From positions 1 to 49,395 of the IMG/VR virus record IMGVR_UViG_3300033475_000038: a stretch of 49,395 nucleotides of DNA, one strand, 5' to 3'. A program made the position numbers and the translations under genes. Shown piece by piece: positions 35,194 through 43,673 of the stretch (position 1 is its first letter; each line of letters begins with the position of its first letter). Under the pieces are notes generated by a model, which did no database searches, was not told where the DNA came from, and worked only from the letters and a program-made list of their open reading frames with translations. This stretch comes from a virus. Lineage: Duplodnaviria > Caudoviricetes.

Positions 35194-35522
35194 AGAAACT
35201 CTCAAAGCGCGAGCTGGCCGATGCCGCCTGGCTCAAGAATCAGCAGCTCGAAATGCCGCGCGAAGCGCCCCAGGAGCGGACGGTGCTCCGGTGTGGGACG
35301 GTCCCGGAAAGCTGTCCCTCCTGCGGGCGGCGGCAGACGTATCAGTCGGGCTGGAACGCGCAGTTCGGCGATCTGCTCGAATGCGGCAACTGCGCGTACG
35401 TGATCGAGGTGCCGCGCGAGGAGCATGAGCGTTTCCTCAAGGGCGTGCATGACCACTTCGCGGCGCTGAGCGCCAGCAAGAAAGAGAACGCCAAGGGGCC
35501 ACGGGTGCGCGGTGCCGGATAG
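35190..35522 (+). CDS. Zn-ribbon protein
   Basis: ATGA coupling; CPSCG ... ECGNC. Confidence 0.65.
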   Translation: MKKLSKRELADAAWLKNQQLEMPREAPQERTVLRCGTVPESCPSCGRRQTYQSGWNAQFGDLLECGNCAYVIEVPREEHERFLKGVHDHFAALSASKKENAKGPRVRGAG

Positions 35523-35775
35523 CTCGCGCTGGGCGATCGAGCACCCCGAGCACAAGGGCTATTACCTCGTGTTCGGCGTGCCGGACGGCAACACGCGCCC
35601 GGCGATGTGGCTCCAGCGCGGGAACGACGTGCAGATCCTCGCGCGGTTCTACGGGCCGAAGCACATGCAGACGGTTGAGTATTTCCTGAACGATGTCATC
35701 AACACCATCAACACCATCCACGATGCCCACGAGAAGCAGAAAGACCGACCCCGCGACGAGCAAGGCGGCGGGTGA
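35512..35775 (+). CDS. Hypothetical protein (87 aa)
   Basis: GTG start overlapping the previous gene; natural composition. Confidence 0.5.
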   Translation: MPDSSRWAIEHPEHKGYYLVFGVPDGNTRPAMWLQRGNDVQILARFYGPKHMQTVEYFLNDVINTINTIHDAHEKQKDRPRDEQGGG

Positions 35776-36163
35776 GCGGGTGACCAATCTCCGCGCGAGC
35801 CAGGCGCGGGTGCTCAACATGTTCGTGCTGTACGGCGACATGAACGACAAGCAGCTCATCACCTACCTGCACGACGCCGAGAAGGCGGCGGGGCTCAAGC
35901 TGATGTCCGACTCGGGCGTCCGCACGCGCCGCTCCGAGCTGTCGAAACCGAACATGGACCGCCTCGCCGAGATCGTGCGCGAGCAGACCGGCGTCGCTGT
36001 TCACCAGCACGACCTGCTCTCGGCCGACCAGGGCGACGCGACGGTGACCGACGCCGCGCGCCGTCAGCTCCGCATCGAGGGCTTCCGCTCGAAGCTGTGG
36101 GACACCGGCAAGCGCGAGATCGTGGACGGTCGCACGGTCGTTGTCTGGGGGCTCGCCCGCTGA
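35723..36163 (+). CDS. Phage winged-helix-like DNA-binding protein
   Basis: R.TDPATSKAA, SDSGVRTRRSEL and DTG.R....GR..VVW motifs of a common phage wHTH family. Confidence 0.65.
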   Translation: MPTRSRKTDPATSKAAGERVTNLRASQARVLNMFVLYGDMNDKQLITYLHDAEKAAGLKLMSDSGVRTRRSELSKPNMDRLAEIVREQTGVAVHQHDLLSADQGDATVTDAARRQLRIEGFRSKLWDTGKREIVDGRTVVVWGLAR

Positions 36164-36456
36164 TGTGCGACGCCTGCCGAACCCGAGGCCGGGAGATCTT
36201 GGAGCGGCTGAGCTGCGAGGATCGGCGTGTCGTCGATCTCTATCTCGACCGCGATCAACACGAGTACGAGGACAACCGCCGCCGCTTGCGCCACGCACAG
36301 GGCGACCTGAACGCGCTCGGCGACGATGTGACGGACCTGCGGAAGATGCTCGCCAAGTTCGAGCCGAATCACGACCCGCTCGATCCCGAGCTGTCGAAGG
36401 AGTGGGATGCGATCAAGGAGAAGGTGGCCGACATGGAACGGGTGCTCGGGCTGTGA
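36163..36456 (+). CDS. Hypothetical coiled-coil protein (97 aa)
   Basis: TGATG coupling; starts MCDAC. Confidence 0.55.
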   Translation: MCDACRTRGREILERLSCEDRRVVDLYLDRDQHEYEDNRRRLRHAQGDLNALGDDVTDLRKMLAKFEPNHDPLDPELSKEWDAIKEKVADMERVLGL

Positions 36457-37460
36457 TCGACTACTTCGTGCAGGTTGAAGTCGGCCTGCCAACGTCGAAG
36501 CTGGTGGACGCGGGCGTCACGATGCTCGGGCTCGACAGCGACCAGGTGATGGGGAAGCTGCTCCGGCTCTGGTCGGCCTGCATGACGGTGCGCTGCGGCA
36601 TGACGCTCGGCGAGCGCAGCGACTCGTGGATCGAGGAGGTCGTCGCCTGGCGCGGACAGCCGGGGCTGTTCGCTCGGTTCGTCCGCGAGAAGCACCTCGA
36701 CGGCGACGCGATCCGCGACTGGCACGAGAAGTACGGCAAGCTGGAGCGTATCCGCGAGGCCGCGAGTGAGCTAAAGCGAAGCCAGCGCAGCAGATCGAAG
36801 CAACGTCCAGTGGACGGTCCACCGGACAGTCCTGGAGACAGTCTTGTGGACGGTCCACCGGACAGTCCACCGGACCTCTCTCCAACTATCCACTCTGTAG
36901 TTAAAGAGCCTAGAACTACAAAAGAGCCTGTAAGGAGAGATGCGGTTGCTCAGTTCGCTCACGACGAGTTCGACTTCGGCCCGTTCGCCGACATCGTCGA
37001 GGGCTTCCTCCGGTCGCAGCAGCGCGTCGCCGCGATCATGGCGACGCTCCGGATGCACAAGCAGGGCGAGCTGGGCCACGAGAAGGCGACCGATCGCGAG
37101 CTAGGGCTCGCCGTGCAGCAGTACGCCGCGAGCGCGACCGGCGGCTTCAACGCCAAGTATTTCCGAGGGTTCGTGAAGGACGCGAAGCAGGCGGTCGTCG
37201 TCGTCGAGAACCGGCAGCGGAACACCGCCGAGCAGCGGACGATCGACCTCGAAGCACGGGCCAGCGCGCAGCGGGCGGCCGAGGAGGCGGAGGGCGACCA
37301 GCTCCTCACCGACTTCGAGCGCGAGAACCCCGACCGCTTCGCCGAGCTGAAGAAGATCGCCGACAACCAAATCCCCAAGAAGTTCACCGTCGCCAGGGAA
37401 GTCATGATCCGAGGGCAACTACTCGCGCTGGTGCGAGAGGAGGCGCTACGTGCCAGCTAG
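36453..37460 (+). CDS. Replication initiator (lambda-O-like architecture)
   Basis: GKLLRLW, IEEVVAWRGQPG.F and IRDWHEK N-terminal wHTH motifs; basic helix, then a linker encoded by iterons. Confidence 0.75.
   Translation: MIDYFVQVEVGLPTSKLVDAGVTMLGLDSDQVMGKLLRLWSACMTVRCGMTLGERSDSWIEEVVAWRGQPGLFARFVREKHLDGDAIRDWHEKYGKLERIREAASELKRSQRSRSKQRPVDGPPDSPGDSLVDGPPDSPPDLSPTIHSVVKEPRTTKEPVRRDAVAQFAHDEFDFGPFADIVEGFLRSQQRVAAIMATLRMHKQGELGHEKATDRELGLAVQQYAASATGGFNAKYFRGFVKDAKQAVVVVENRQRNTAEQRTIDLEARASAQRAAEEAEGDQLLTDFERENPDRFAELKKIADNQIPKKFTVAREVMIRGQLLALVREEALRAS
36805..36950. repeat. Probable replication origin: six 12-bp-period GTCCnnnGGAC iterons plus an AT-richer tract
   Basis: Units start at 36805, 36817, 36829, 36841, 36853 and 36865. 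They are followed by an AT-richer segment with AAGAGCCT twice, all inside the initiator gene. Confidence 0.8.
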
Positions 37461-37698
37461 CCAGCACATCAAACCGATCAGCCGCGACCCCCGCGCGAAG
37501 CGCGTCGCGGACTACGTGAACACGAAGTTCGACGGGAACCTATCCCGAGCGGCCGACGAGATCGGCTGCAACTACGACCACCTCTCGAAAGCGGCGAACG
37601 GCCAACTCAAGAAAGGGCCGAGCGTCGTGTTGCTCAACCAGCTCGCGCAGCATTCCGGCTTGACGCTCGACTGGTGGATCAACGGAGATCTCAAATGA
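37450..37698 (+). CDS. XRE/Cro-family HTH regulator
   Basis: NLSRAADEIGCNYDHLSKAANG...PSVVLLNQLA....LDWWING. Confidence 0.75.
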   Translation: MPASQHIKPISRDPRAKRVADYVNTKFDGNLSRAADEIGCNYDHLSKAANGQLKKGPSVVLLNQLAQHSGLTLDWWINGDLK

Positions 37699-38495
37699 AA
37701 CTTCTCTTAGTGGACGGCACGAACGTGCTGCTGCGGTTCGCGCACGCGATGGTGCCGGGCAACGTCGTCGCGGACTATGACCTGCCCGCCGTCGTCGAAA
37801 TGGTGCCGAAGATCCTCTCGGCGGCCGAGCGCGCGATCCGCGAGTGCGCCGTCACTGCCGCGCAGACGCCGTACGTCGTCGTGTGCCTCGACTCGACCGA
37901 GAACTTCCGCAAGCAGCTCTACCCCGAGTACAAGGCGAACCGGGCGGGCTCCGCCGCCGCCTGGACCAACCGACTCACGGCGCACTGCGCCGAGGTCGGG
38001 CTGTTCACGGCGCGCTCGTACGGGTTCGAGGCCGACGACGTGATCGCGACGCTCGTCGGCCGGGCTGCGCGCGCCGGGCACCAGTCGGCCGTGTTGTCGA
38101 GCGACAACGACCTGCTCCAGCTCGCGTCGCTCTACTGCGACGTGTTCCAGTTCGGCCGGAAGGGCGAGGATCGCTATGCGCGCCGGAAGATGGCGTACGC
38201 CGTCGAGAAGTTCGGCGTCGGCGGCGTGCTAGAGATCCCGTGGTACAAGGCGCTCGTCGGCGACACGACCGACAACGTGCCGGGGATGCCGGGCATCGGC
38301 CCGGTGAAAGCGCGGAAGCTGCTCCGCGAGCACAAGAACTTCGACGGGATCTGCGCGAGCGGCCACTTCGACAACGCGCAGATCGAGCACCTGAAGCTGA
38401 TGCTCCAGCTCGTGACGCTGCGCGAGGACGCGCCGCTCGATCCCATCACGCCCGCGCAGTGCAGGCTCACCACTTCTCTCACAAAAGAACCATGA
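37695..38495 (+). CDS. 5'-3' exonuclease/flap endonuclease (PolI N-terminal-like)
   Basis: LLLVDG, FRKQLYPEYKANR, FEADDVIATL, SSDNDLLQL, GDTTDNVPGMPGIG. Confidence 0.95.
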   Translation: MKLLLVDGTNVLLRFAHAMVPGNVVADYDLPAVVEMVPKILSAAERAIRECAVTAAQTPYVVVCLDSTENFRKQLYPEYKANRAGSAAAWTNRLTAHCAEVGLFTARSYGFEADDVIATLVGRAARAGHQSAVLSSDNDLLQLASLYCDVFQFGRKGEDRYARRKMAYAVEKFGVGGVLEIPWYKALVGDTTDNVPGMPGIGPVKARKLLREHKNFDGICASGHFDNAQIEHLKLMLQLVTLREDAPLDPITPAQCRLTTSLTKEP

Positions 38496-39166
38496 AGATC
38501 GGCACAAAGTCCGTCCTCTACGGCGCGCACTGCTTCCTCCTCCACTGGTTCTTCGTCGCGCTCGGCTGGTGGAAGGTCTACGGCGGGCGGCGCATCGAGA
38601 TTGGCTCGCGCTGGCGCACGGTCACCGATGACGTGGGCTTCACGTACCGCGCCGAGACGCGCGTGTACGCCTCGCTCTGGCACCCGGCGCTCTGGCTCGC
38701 GTTCTTCGTTCACGATCTCGGCTACCTGGGCAAGCCGAACATGGACGGCCCCGAGGGTGAGCTGCACCCGATGCTCGGCGCGAAGATCCTGCGCTGGTGG
38801 TTCGGCGAGCCGTGGGGCCACTTCGTGATGTATCACTCGCGCTTCCTCGCCAAGCAGCACGGCGTGCGGCCGAGCGCCCTCTGCATCGCCGACAAGCTGG
38901 CAATCGCGCTAGAGCCGTGGTGGTTCTACCTGCCGCGCGTGAACCTGACCGGCGAGGTGAAGGAGTACATGGCGAAGTCGAGCGCGATGAACGCGACCGG
39001 CAATAAGTATTCTGGCATGAACCTCACCGTCAGCTCGCAGCGCGCCTGGAACCGCGACATGTGCAACTACATCCGGCGCTGGGTCGAGGAGCACAAGGAC
39101 GGCCGCGAGGATACGTGGACGCCGAACACGAAGGAGGCGGTGAGCGAGACCGGCGTGTGGAAATGA
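38492..39166 (+). CDS. HD-domain phosphohydrolase-like protein
   Basis: H...V, FVHDLGY, GELHPMLGAKI, YHSRF and LCIADKLA give the H..HD..H..H..D pattern. Confidence 0.8.
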   Translation: MKIGTKSVLYGAHCFLLHWFFVALGWWKVYGGRRIEIGSRWRTVTDDVGFTYRAETRVYASLWHPALWLAFFVHDLGYLGKPNMDGPEGELHPMLGAKILRWWFGEPWGHFVMYHSRFLAKQHGVRPSALCIADKLAIALEPWWFYLPRVNLTGEVKEYMAKSSAMNATGNKYSGMNLTVSSQRAWNRDMCNYIRRWVEEHKDGREDTWTPNTKEAVSETGVWK

Positions 39167-39332
39167 AGCGCCCGATGGGGGCCGCCGCGCCACATCTGCG
39201 TTTGGTGAAAACCGCAAGTCAAGAGCCAATTCCCGAGCCTACGCGCCTCGCTGAGCCACGATCGCCCTCGAAACAGGCCGATTATGAGAATCCTAAAGTT
39301 ATATTTAAGGGTCTCTCATTCGAGGTGTTGAA

Positions 39333-39821
39333 ATGGTTCGGGATGTTCAGAAGTCGAAGGTCTACCGCGCCGAGCGGCGCGCGAGAGAGGTGATCGGTGA
39401 CAAGGCAATCCAGGACCGGATCGCAGCGTGGGCGTTCGTCGAGAAGGTCGAGCGCGACGCCTGGTTCCGGAAACACTACGGCCGCTGGCGCTTCCGGATC
39501 TCGGACGGCCGGGGCACGCGGATCGCGCGCGGCGGCGGCGGCTGGCTCAACCTCCCGCGCTGGAGCCGCACGCCGGTCGTCATGCTCCACGAGATCGCGC
39601 ACAACGTCGCGCCCTCTGACGCCTGGCACGACTGGCGCTTCTGTCAGGTCCACCTCGCGCTCGTCCGGCACTTCCTCGGCCGCGAAGCGCACGACGTACT
39701 TCGAGCCATGTACCGGGAGTGCAAGGTCCGCTACAAGCGCCCGCGCCGGATCTCCGCCGCGACGCGCGCCGCGCTGGTCGAGCGGCTGGCTGGCCTTCGA
39801 GCTGCCAACGAGGAGGGGTAA
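39333..39821 (+). CDS. HEXXH zinc metallopeptidase-like protein (SprT/Rv0185-like)
   Basis: GAGGT RBS; RDVQKSKVYRAE, VMLHEIAH, WHDWRF. Confidence 0.8.
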   Translation: MVRDVQKSKVYRAERRAREVIGDKAIQDRIAAWAFVEKVERDAWFRKHYGRWRFRISDGRGTRIARGGGGWLNLPRWSRTPVVMLHEIAHNVAPSDAWHDWRFCQVHLALVRHFLGREAHDVLRAMYRECKVRYKRPRRISAATRAALVERLAGLRAANEEG

Positions 39822-40163
39822 GTGACGGCCGTCCTCGACCACCAGGCCGAGGGCGACTGGCAGCGCCGTGAGTGGCTGCGGGCCTACGGCTCCGAGGAGC
39901 GAGTGCAGTGGGTCCAGCAGCAGCTCTCGGTCGCGAGCGGGAAGTACGGCTGCGTCAACGCGCACACCGAAACCGGCGGCACCTCGCGCAAGGCGAACTA
40001 CGACACGATCGTCCCGCTGACGTGGGCGGAGCACGAGGAGCTGCACCAGCACGGGCAGCAGACGTTCGAGGCGAAGTACGGCATTGATCTCAAAGCCTGC
40101 GCGCGCGAGACTCAGCGGCGCTGGCTCATTCACGAACGGACCACCACGAGGCCCGCATGGTAA
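39822..40163 (+). CDS. Degenerate HNH-like (DUF968-type) protein
   Basis: NAH...GG.SRKA.....VPL...EHEELH..G..TFE.KYG. Confidence 0.65.
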   Translation: MTAVLDHQAEGDWQRREWLRAYGSEERVQWVQQQLSVASGKYGCVNAHTETGGTSRKANYDTIVPLTWAEHEELHQHGQQTFEAKYGIDLKACARETQRRWLIHERTTTRPAW

Positions 40164-41101
40164 CCGAGGAGGAGATCCTTCAGGCGCTCGGCATTCTCGC
40201 CGAGCACCCGGACTTCCGCGTGCTGACTCGCTTCCGCGAGCGGCCCGCGTATCACGCCGCGCCGCCGGGCGCGGTCATTCACAAAGCTGTATTTCTGGAT
40301 CTCGAAACGACCGGGCTCGATCCGGCGGTCGCCGAGATCATCGAGCTGGGGGCGACGCGCTTCACGTTCGACGAGGACGGCCGGATCTTCACGGTCGGCC
40401 CGACCGTGCAGGGTTACGAGCAGCCGAGCAATCCGATCACGCCGGAGATCACGGCGCTCACCGGCATCACGAACGACATGGTCGAGGGCAAGGTGATCGA
40501 GTCGGTCGTGATGGATCACCTGATGGACGGCGTCGAGCTGGTCATCGCCCACAACGCCGACTACGATCGCAAGATCGCCGAGCGCCGCTGGAAGTACCGC
40601 TTCGAGCATCTGCCCTGGGCGTGCAGCTACAAGCAGATCGACTGGAAGGCGCGCGGCTCGATCGGCTCGAAGCTGGGCAACATCCTCATGACGCTGCGCG
40701 GCCAGTTCTACGACGCGCACCGGGCGGCCGACGACTGCCTCGTCGGGATCGACGTGCTCAACCACCAGCTCGACGGCCGCACGGCGATGGCGGAGCTGCT
40801 GGACACGACGCGCGCTGGCGTGTTCCGGGTCTACGCGCACGGCGCACCGTTCGAGGTGAAGGATCAGCTCAAGGCGCGCGGGTTCTTCTGGACCGGCGAG
40901 AAGCCGTGGAAGCGCGACTTCATCACGCGCGAGGCCGCCGACGCCGAGGTCGTGTGGCTGGACGAGACCGGCTTCTCGAAGGGGGCGCAGATCAAGCGGA
41001 TCAGCTCGCGGCACCGCTACTCGACCCGCGAGGAGTCGCGGGCCGTGCCGCTGACGCCGCTGACCGCGATGATGACGACCGACCCCGGCCCGTACGCCTA
41101 G
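40157..41101 (+). CDS. DEDDh 3'-5' exonuclease (DNA Pol III epsilon-like)
   Basis: FLDLETTGLD, IAHNADYDR, AHRAADDC, APFEVKDQLKARG. Confidence 0.92.
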   Translation: MVTEEEILQALGILAEHPDFRVLTRFRERPAYHAAPPGAVIHKAVFLDLETTGLDPAVAEIIELGATRFTFDEDGRIFTVGPTVQGYEQPSNPITPEITALTGITNDMVEGKVIESVVMDHLMDGVELVIAHNADYDRKIAERRWKYRFEHLPWACSYKQIDWKARGSIGSKLGNILMTLRGQFYDAHRAADDCLVGIDVLNHQLDGRTAMAELLDTTRAGVFRVYAHGAPFEVKDQLKARGFFWTGEKPWKRDFITREAADAEVVWLDETGFSKGAQIKRISSRHRYSTREESRAVPLTPLTAMMTTDPGPYA

Positions 41102-41184
41102 CGCCATCGAGCGGGCTTGACCGTGGCGGCCCGATCTGGCGATGGTTGGGGGTGCAGTGACCCCTCACCCCGGATCGGCCCGCC

Positions 41185-41796
41185 ATGCGCCTCCTAGCCC
41201 TGCTCGCTCTCGCCGCGTCCACCGTCCAGGCCCAGAAGGTCGTCGTCAAGGTCCCGGACAGCCTCATCATCAACGACACGGCCGCCGTCACCGGCACGGT
41301 CTACAACGCCGCCGGGGCTCGCTCGACGACCTCGAAGGTCACCTGGGCGGTGCATCCCAGCGAGCGCGCGCTCGTCAAGCCGGACAGCACCGCGAAGGGC
41401 CAGAAGGCCAGCGTCATCGCGCGCACGGTCGGCTATGCCTGGCTCGTCGCAAGCTGGAAGCGCACGACGGACGGCAAGGTGTTCAGCGACTCGGGGCGCA
41501 CGCACATCACCGTCGCGCGGGTGCGGCCGTTCTACGCCGCGCACCTCCTGCCCACGGGGCTCGTGCTCGACACGACGATCACGCTCCAGATCGGCCAGAA
41601 GGTCTGCCTCTACGTCGCGGCGCTCGACCGGCACGGCGCGTATCTCTCGGGCATTCCGATCGACGAGATCCGCTCGCTCAACCCGGCCATCGCCACGGTC
41701 GGCGGCGATCCATTCGGCCTGCCGGGGCCGTGCCCGACGACGACCGTGAACCCGTTCCAGATCAACGCGCCCAACCTCTCGACGCGCATCGGGTGA
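41185..41796 (+). CDS. Secreted Ig-like (Big_2-type) protein
   Basis: Signal peptide MRLLALLALAASTVQA|Q; two beta modules (VYNAAG..KVTW; ALDRHG..SLNPAIATV). Confidence 0.65.
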   Translation: MRLLALLALAASTVQAQKVVVKVPDSLIINDTAAVTGTVYNAAGARSTTSKVTWAVHPSERALVKPDSTAKGQKASVIARTVGYAWLVASWKRTTDGKVFSDSGRTHITVARVRPFYAAHLLPTGLVLDTTITLQIGQKVCLYVAALDRHGAYLSGIPIDEIRSLNPAIATVGGDPFGLPGPCPTTTVNPFQINAPNLSTRIG

Positions 41797-42182
41797 TGCT
41801 GGACGGCCATGAGCCGCACTACCGCTGCCAGCACAGCGACTTCTACGACGGGAAGCATCACAAGACGCGCGTCTGGTCGGTCTCGTGCTCGTGCGGCTTC
41901 CGGCACGACGGCGCGGGCTCGAAGGTCACGCGCCGGAACATCTGGCTGGAGCACGTCGCCGTCACGATGGCGCGCGAGCTGAAGCAGCTCCGCGAGTTCA
42001 GGGCGCTCGCGATGGGGGAAAGACAAACCCCCCGGCCCGAAGGCCGAGGGGCTGCGTCTCCCTCAAACGAGGCACCACCACGAGCTGGTACGGTAGCACC
42101 ATCCAGCTCGATCACGCAAGCACGAGCGGGCGGAGCGCCGGAGCCAGCACGACCTCGCCAGTCGGCTCGACCGTTGCGATGA
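41796..42182 (+). CDS. Cys/His-rich hypothetical protein (possible Zn finger)
   Basis: TGATG coupling; H...CSCG...WLEH. The 3' end overlaps the convergent terminator and gene. Confidence 0.45.
   Translation: MLDGHEPHYRCQHSDFYDGKHHKTRVWSVSCSCGFRHDGAGSKVTRRNIWLEHVAVTMARELKQLREFRALAMGERQTPRPEGRGAASPSNEAPPRAGTVAPSSSITQARAGGAPEPARPRQSARPLR
42019..42051 (-). terminator. Intrinsic terminator of the leftward early operon
   Basis: Minus strand reads CCCCUCGGCC-UUCG-GGCCGGGGGG-UUUGUCUUU. Confidence 0.8.
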
Positions 42183-42402
42183 GCATCGACTTCGAGCGCG
42201 TGTGCCGGAGCGTCATGATCTCCTTCAACTGCTCCCAGCTCGCGGTCATCATCACCGAGAACACCAGCTCGTAGTCCTGCTCGTAGCCCGCGACGACGTG
42301 CGGCCGGTTGAAGTGAATGGCACGCTCCATCGCCAGGCGGATCGCGTCGCCGACGTTCTTCGCGTCGGGATCGGTCCACTCGCTGCGAACCTGGTCGCTC
42401 AT
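42112..42402 (-). CDS. Hypothetical protein (96 aa)
   Basis: GGAGG RBS and ATGA coupling; MSDQVRSEWTDPDAK... Confidence 0.65.
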   Translation of the reverse strand: MSDQVRSEWTDPDAKNVGDAIRLAMERAIHFNRPHVVAGYEQDYELVFSVMMTASWEQLKEIMTLRHTRSKSMLIATVEPTGEVVLAPALRPLVLA

Positions 42403-42584
42403 TTCGGCCTCCAGTTCCCGATCCGGTTCATGAGCGGCTGGGGCACGTTGCGCTCGCCGGTCTCGTACCGCCTCCAGCTTCGCTCGGAGCAGCCGTACCA
42501 CTCGGCCGCCTCCGCCTGGGTCCACTCGCGATTCTGCCGGAACAGCTTCACGAGCTGCATCTGGACCATTGCTCGCTCGTTCAT
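42399..42584 (-). CDS. Small XRE HTH protein
   Basis: FRQNREWTQAEAAEWYGCSERSWRRYETGERNVP. Confidence 0.85.
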   Translation of the reverse strand: MNERAMVQMQLVKLFRQNREWTQAEAAEWYGCSERSWRRYETGERNVPQPLMNRIGNWRPK

Positions 42585-43123
42585 GCACCGGGTCCGTGCC
42601 GACGACGGAACGGGATCTCGGGCTTCTCGGTGCGCGCGTGCGGCGGCTCGTGCGGCTCGTCGTCTTTCTGGACCTTGATGATGACGTGCGCGACGGACTG
42701 CGCCTCGCGGATCGCCTTCGCGACCGTGCGTGACGGGCTGTCGTCGCCGATCTCGTCAACGTGCTCGGCCCACCAGCCGATCGCGGTCGGATCACCAGCC
42801 GTCGCCATCCCTTGGATCGCGCCGACGCCTGCGCGATTCACCATGTCGAACGCGAGCGACATGTAGCTCGAAGTCTCGATCGCCTTGATGACGCGCTCCG
42901 CCCCCATCGACTTGAGCAAGTTGATATAGGCGGTGATGTCCAGGCGTTCGTCGGAGTAGTCGCGCGCGACCTGCTTGAGCAGCGCGGACATGTCCTGCAT
43001 CGTGGCGTTGTACGCCTCGATGCGCGCGGCGTTATCGGGGTGCGTGGTCTCCGGCGCGCGCACGCCGGAGGAGAGCACCGTCGCCAACATCATCGCAGCG
43101 TTGGCTTGGCAGTTTAAGCACAT
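42581..43123 (-). CDS. Hypothetical protein (180 aa)
   Basis: Starts MCLNC; helical; coupled to the next gene. Confidence 0.65.
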   Translation of the reverse strand: MCLNCQANAAMMLATVLSSGVRAPETTHPDNAARIEAYNATMQDMSALLKQVARDYSDERLDITAYINLLKSMGAERVIKAIETSSYMSLAFDMVNRAGVGAIQGMATAGDPTAIGWWAEHVDEIGDDSPSRTVAKAIREAQSVAHVIIKVQKDDEPHEPPHARTEKPEIPFRRRHGPGA

Positions 43124-43146
43124 GTGAGAGGATGTGAGAAAGGGGA

Positions 43147-43227
43147 GAGTCGGGCGGGGAACGTCGCTACCGTGGACGCCGTTCCCACGCGCCGAAGTGC
43201 GCGCCGGTTGGAGGCCGCGCCCGACCC
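43147..43227 (-). ncRNA. Structured intergenic RNA element (four-way junction)
   Basis: A 10-bp closing stem GGGUCGGGCG/CGCCCGACUC encloses three hairpins. Confidence 0.35.
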
Positions 43228-43229
43228 GA

Positions 43230-43523
43230 TCATCCGACCTTGCGCTTGATGTGGCCGATCTGGATCGCGATCGGCGAGAGCAGCGCGCGATCTCGAATCA
43301 GCCGTTCGAGCGAGAAGCCGCGCAGCTTCCCCGTGGTGATGAGCGACCACTGGCTCGGCGCTTCGCCCGTGTGATACGCCGCCTCGGTCTGGGTCATGCC
43401 CGCCTCGGCGATGATCTTCGTGATGTCCTTCGCGACCTCGACCTTCATCGCATGGACGTGCGCTTCGACGCGCTCGCGGCGTTTGACGTGGGCCTTCAGA
43501 TCCTTCTTCGCGTTCGCTGCCAT
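43230..43523 (-). CDS. XRE-family HTH protein (HigA2/HTH_37-like)
   Basis: GAGGAG RBS; GMTQTEAA...G...SQWS....GKLRGFSLERLI. Confidence 0.85.
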   Translation of the reverse strand: MAANAKKDLKAHVKRRERVEAHVHAMKVEVAKDITKIIAEAGMTQTEAAYHTGEAPSQWSLITTGKLRGFSLERLIRDRALLSPIAIQIGHIKRKVG

Positions 43524-43551
43524 GATCTCCTCGTGGTGGTGGTGAGTGCGC

Positions 43552-43672
43552 GCCCGGACTTGGGACCGGGCCGTGCATTACGAGCTGGGGGCACCCCTCG
43601 CGGGGCAGTGGTCCGGCCACTCGCTGGCTTGCCGCCAGGCGGCTCGCGCCGCTCCCCCAGCTCTCCCTCTGC
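43552..43672 (-). ncRNA. Twister-like self-cleaving ribozyme, permuted (P5-type), copy 1, with a 62-nt multi-hairpin insert in P1
   Basis: GCA-GAGGG-A-[P1 GAGCUGGGGG/CCCCCAGCUC]-G-UAA-UGC-ACG-GCCCGG-UCCCAAGU-CCGGGC; predicted cut U43580^A43579. Confidence 0.8.
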
Positions 43673-43673
43673 G

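Noticed and set aside
39281-39320. XerC/D dif site
   Set aside because: It has TTAT-starting arms but no ATAA-N6-TTAT core with a proper XerC arm.
39163-39393. ORF between the HD and HEXXH genes
   Set aside because: It has an ATGA-coupled start but atypical codon usage, overlaps the next gene by about 60 nt and spans a probable regulatory palindrome.
43147-43227. HDV-like (theta) ribozyme or tRNA
   Set aside because: GCC-UCCAACC-GGC resembles P3/L3, but I find no matching P1 strand or J4/2 C-x-A-A. There is also no TpsiC loop or CCA.
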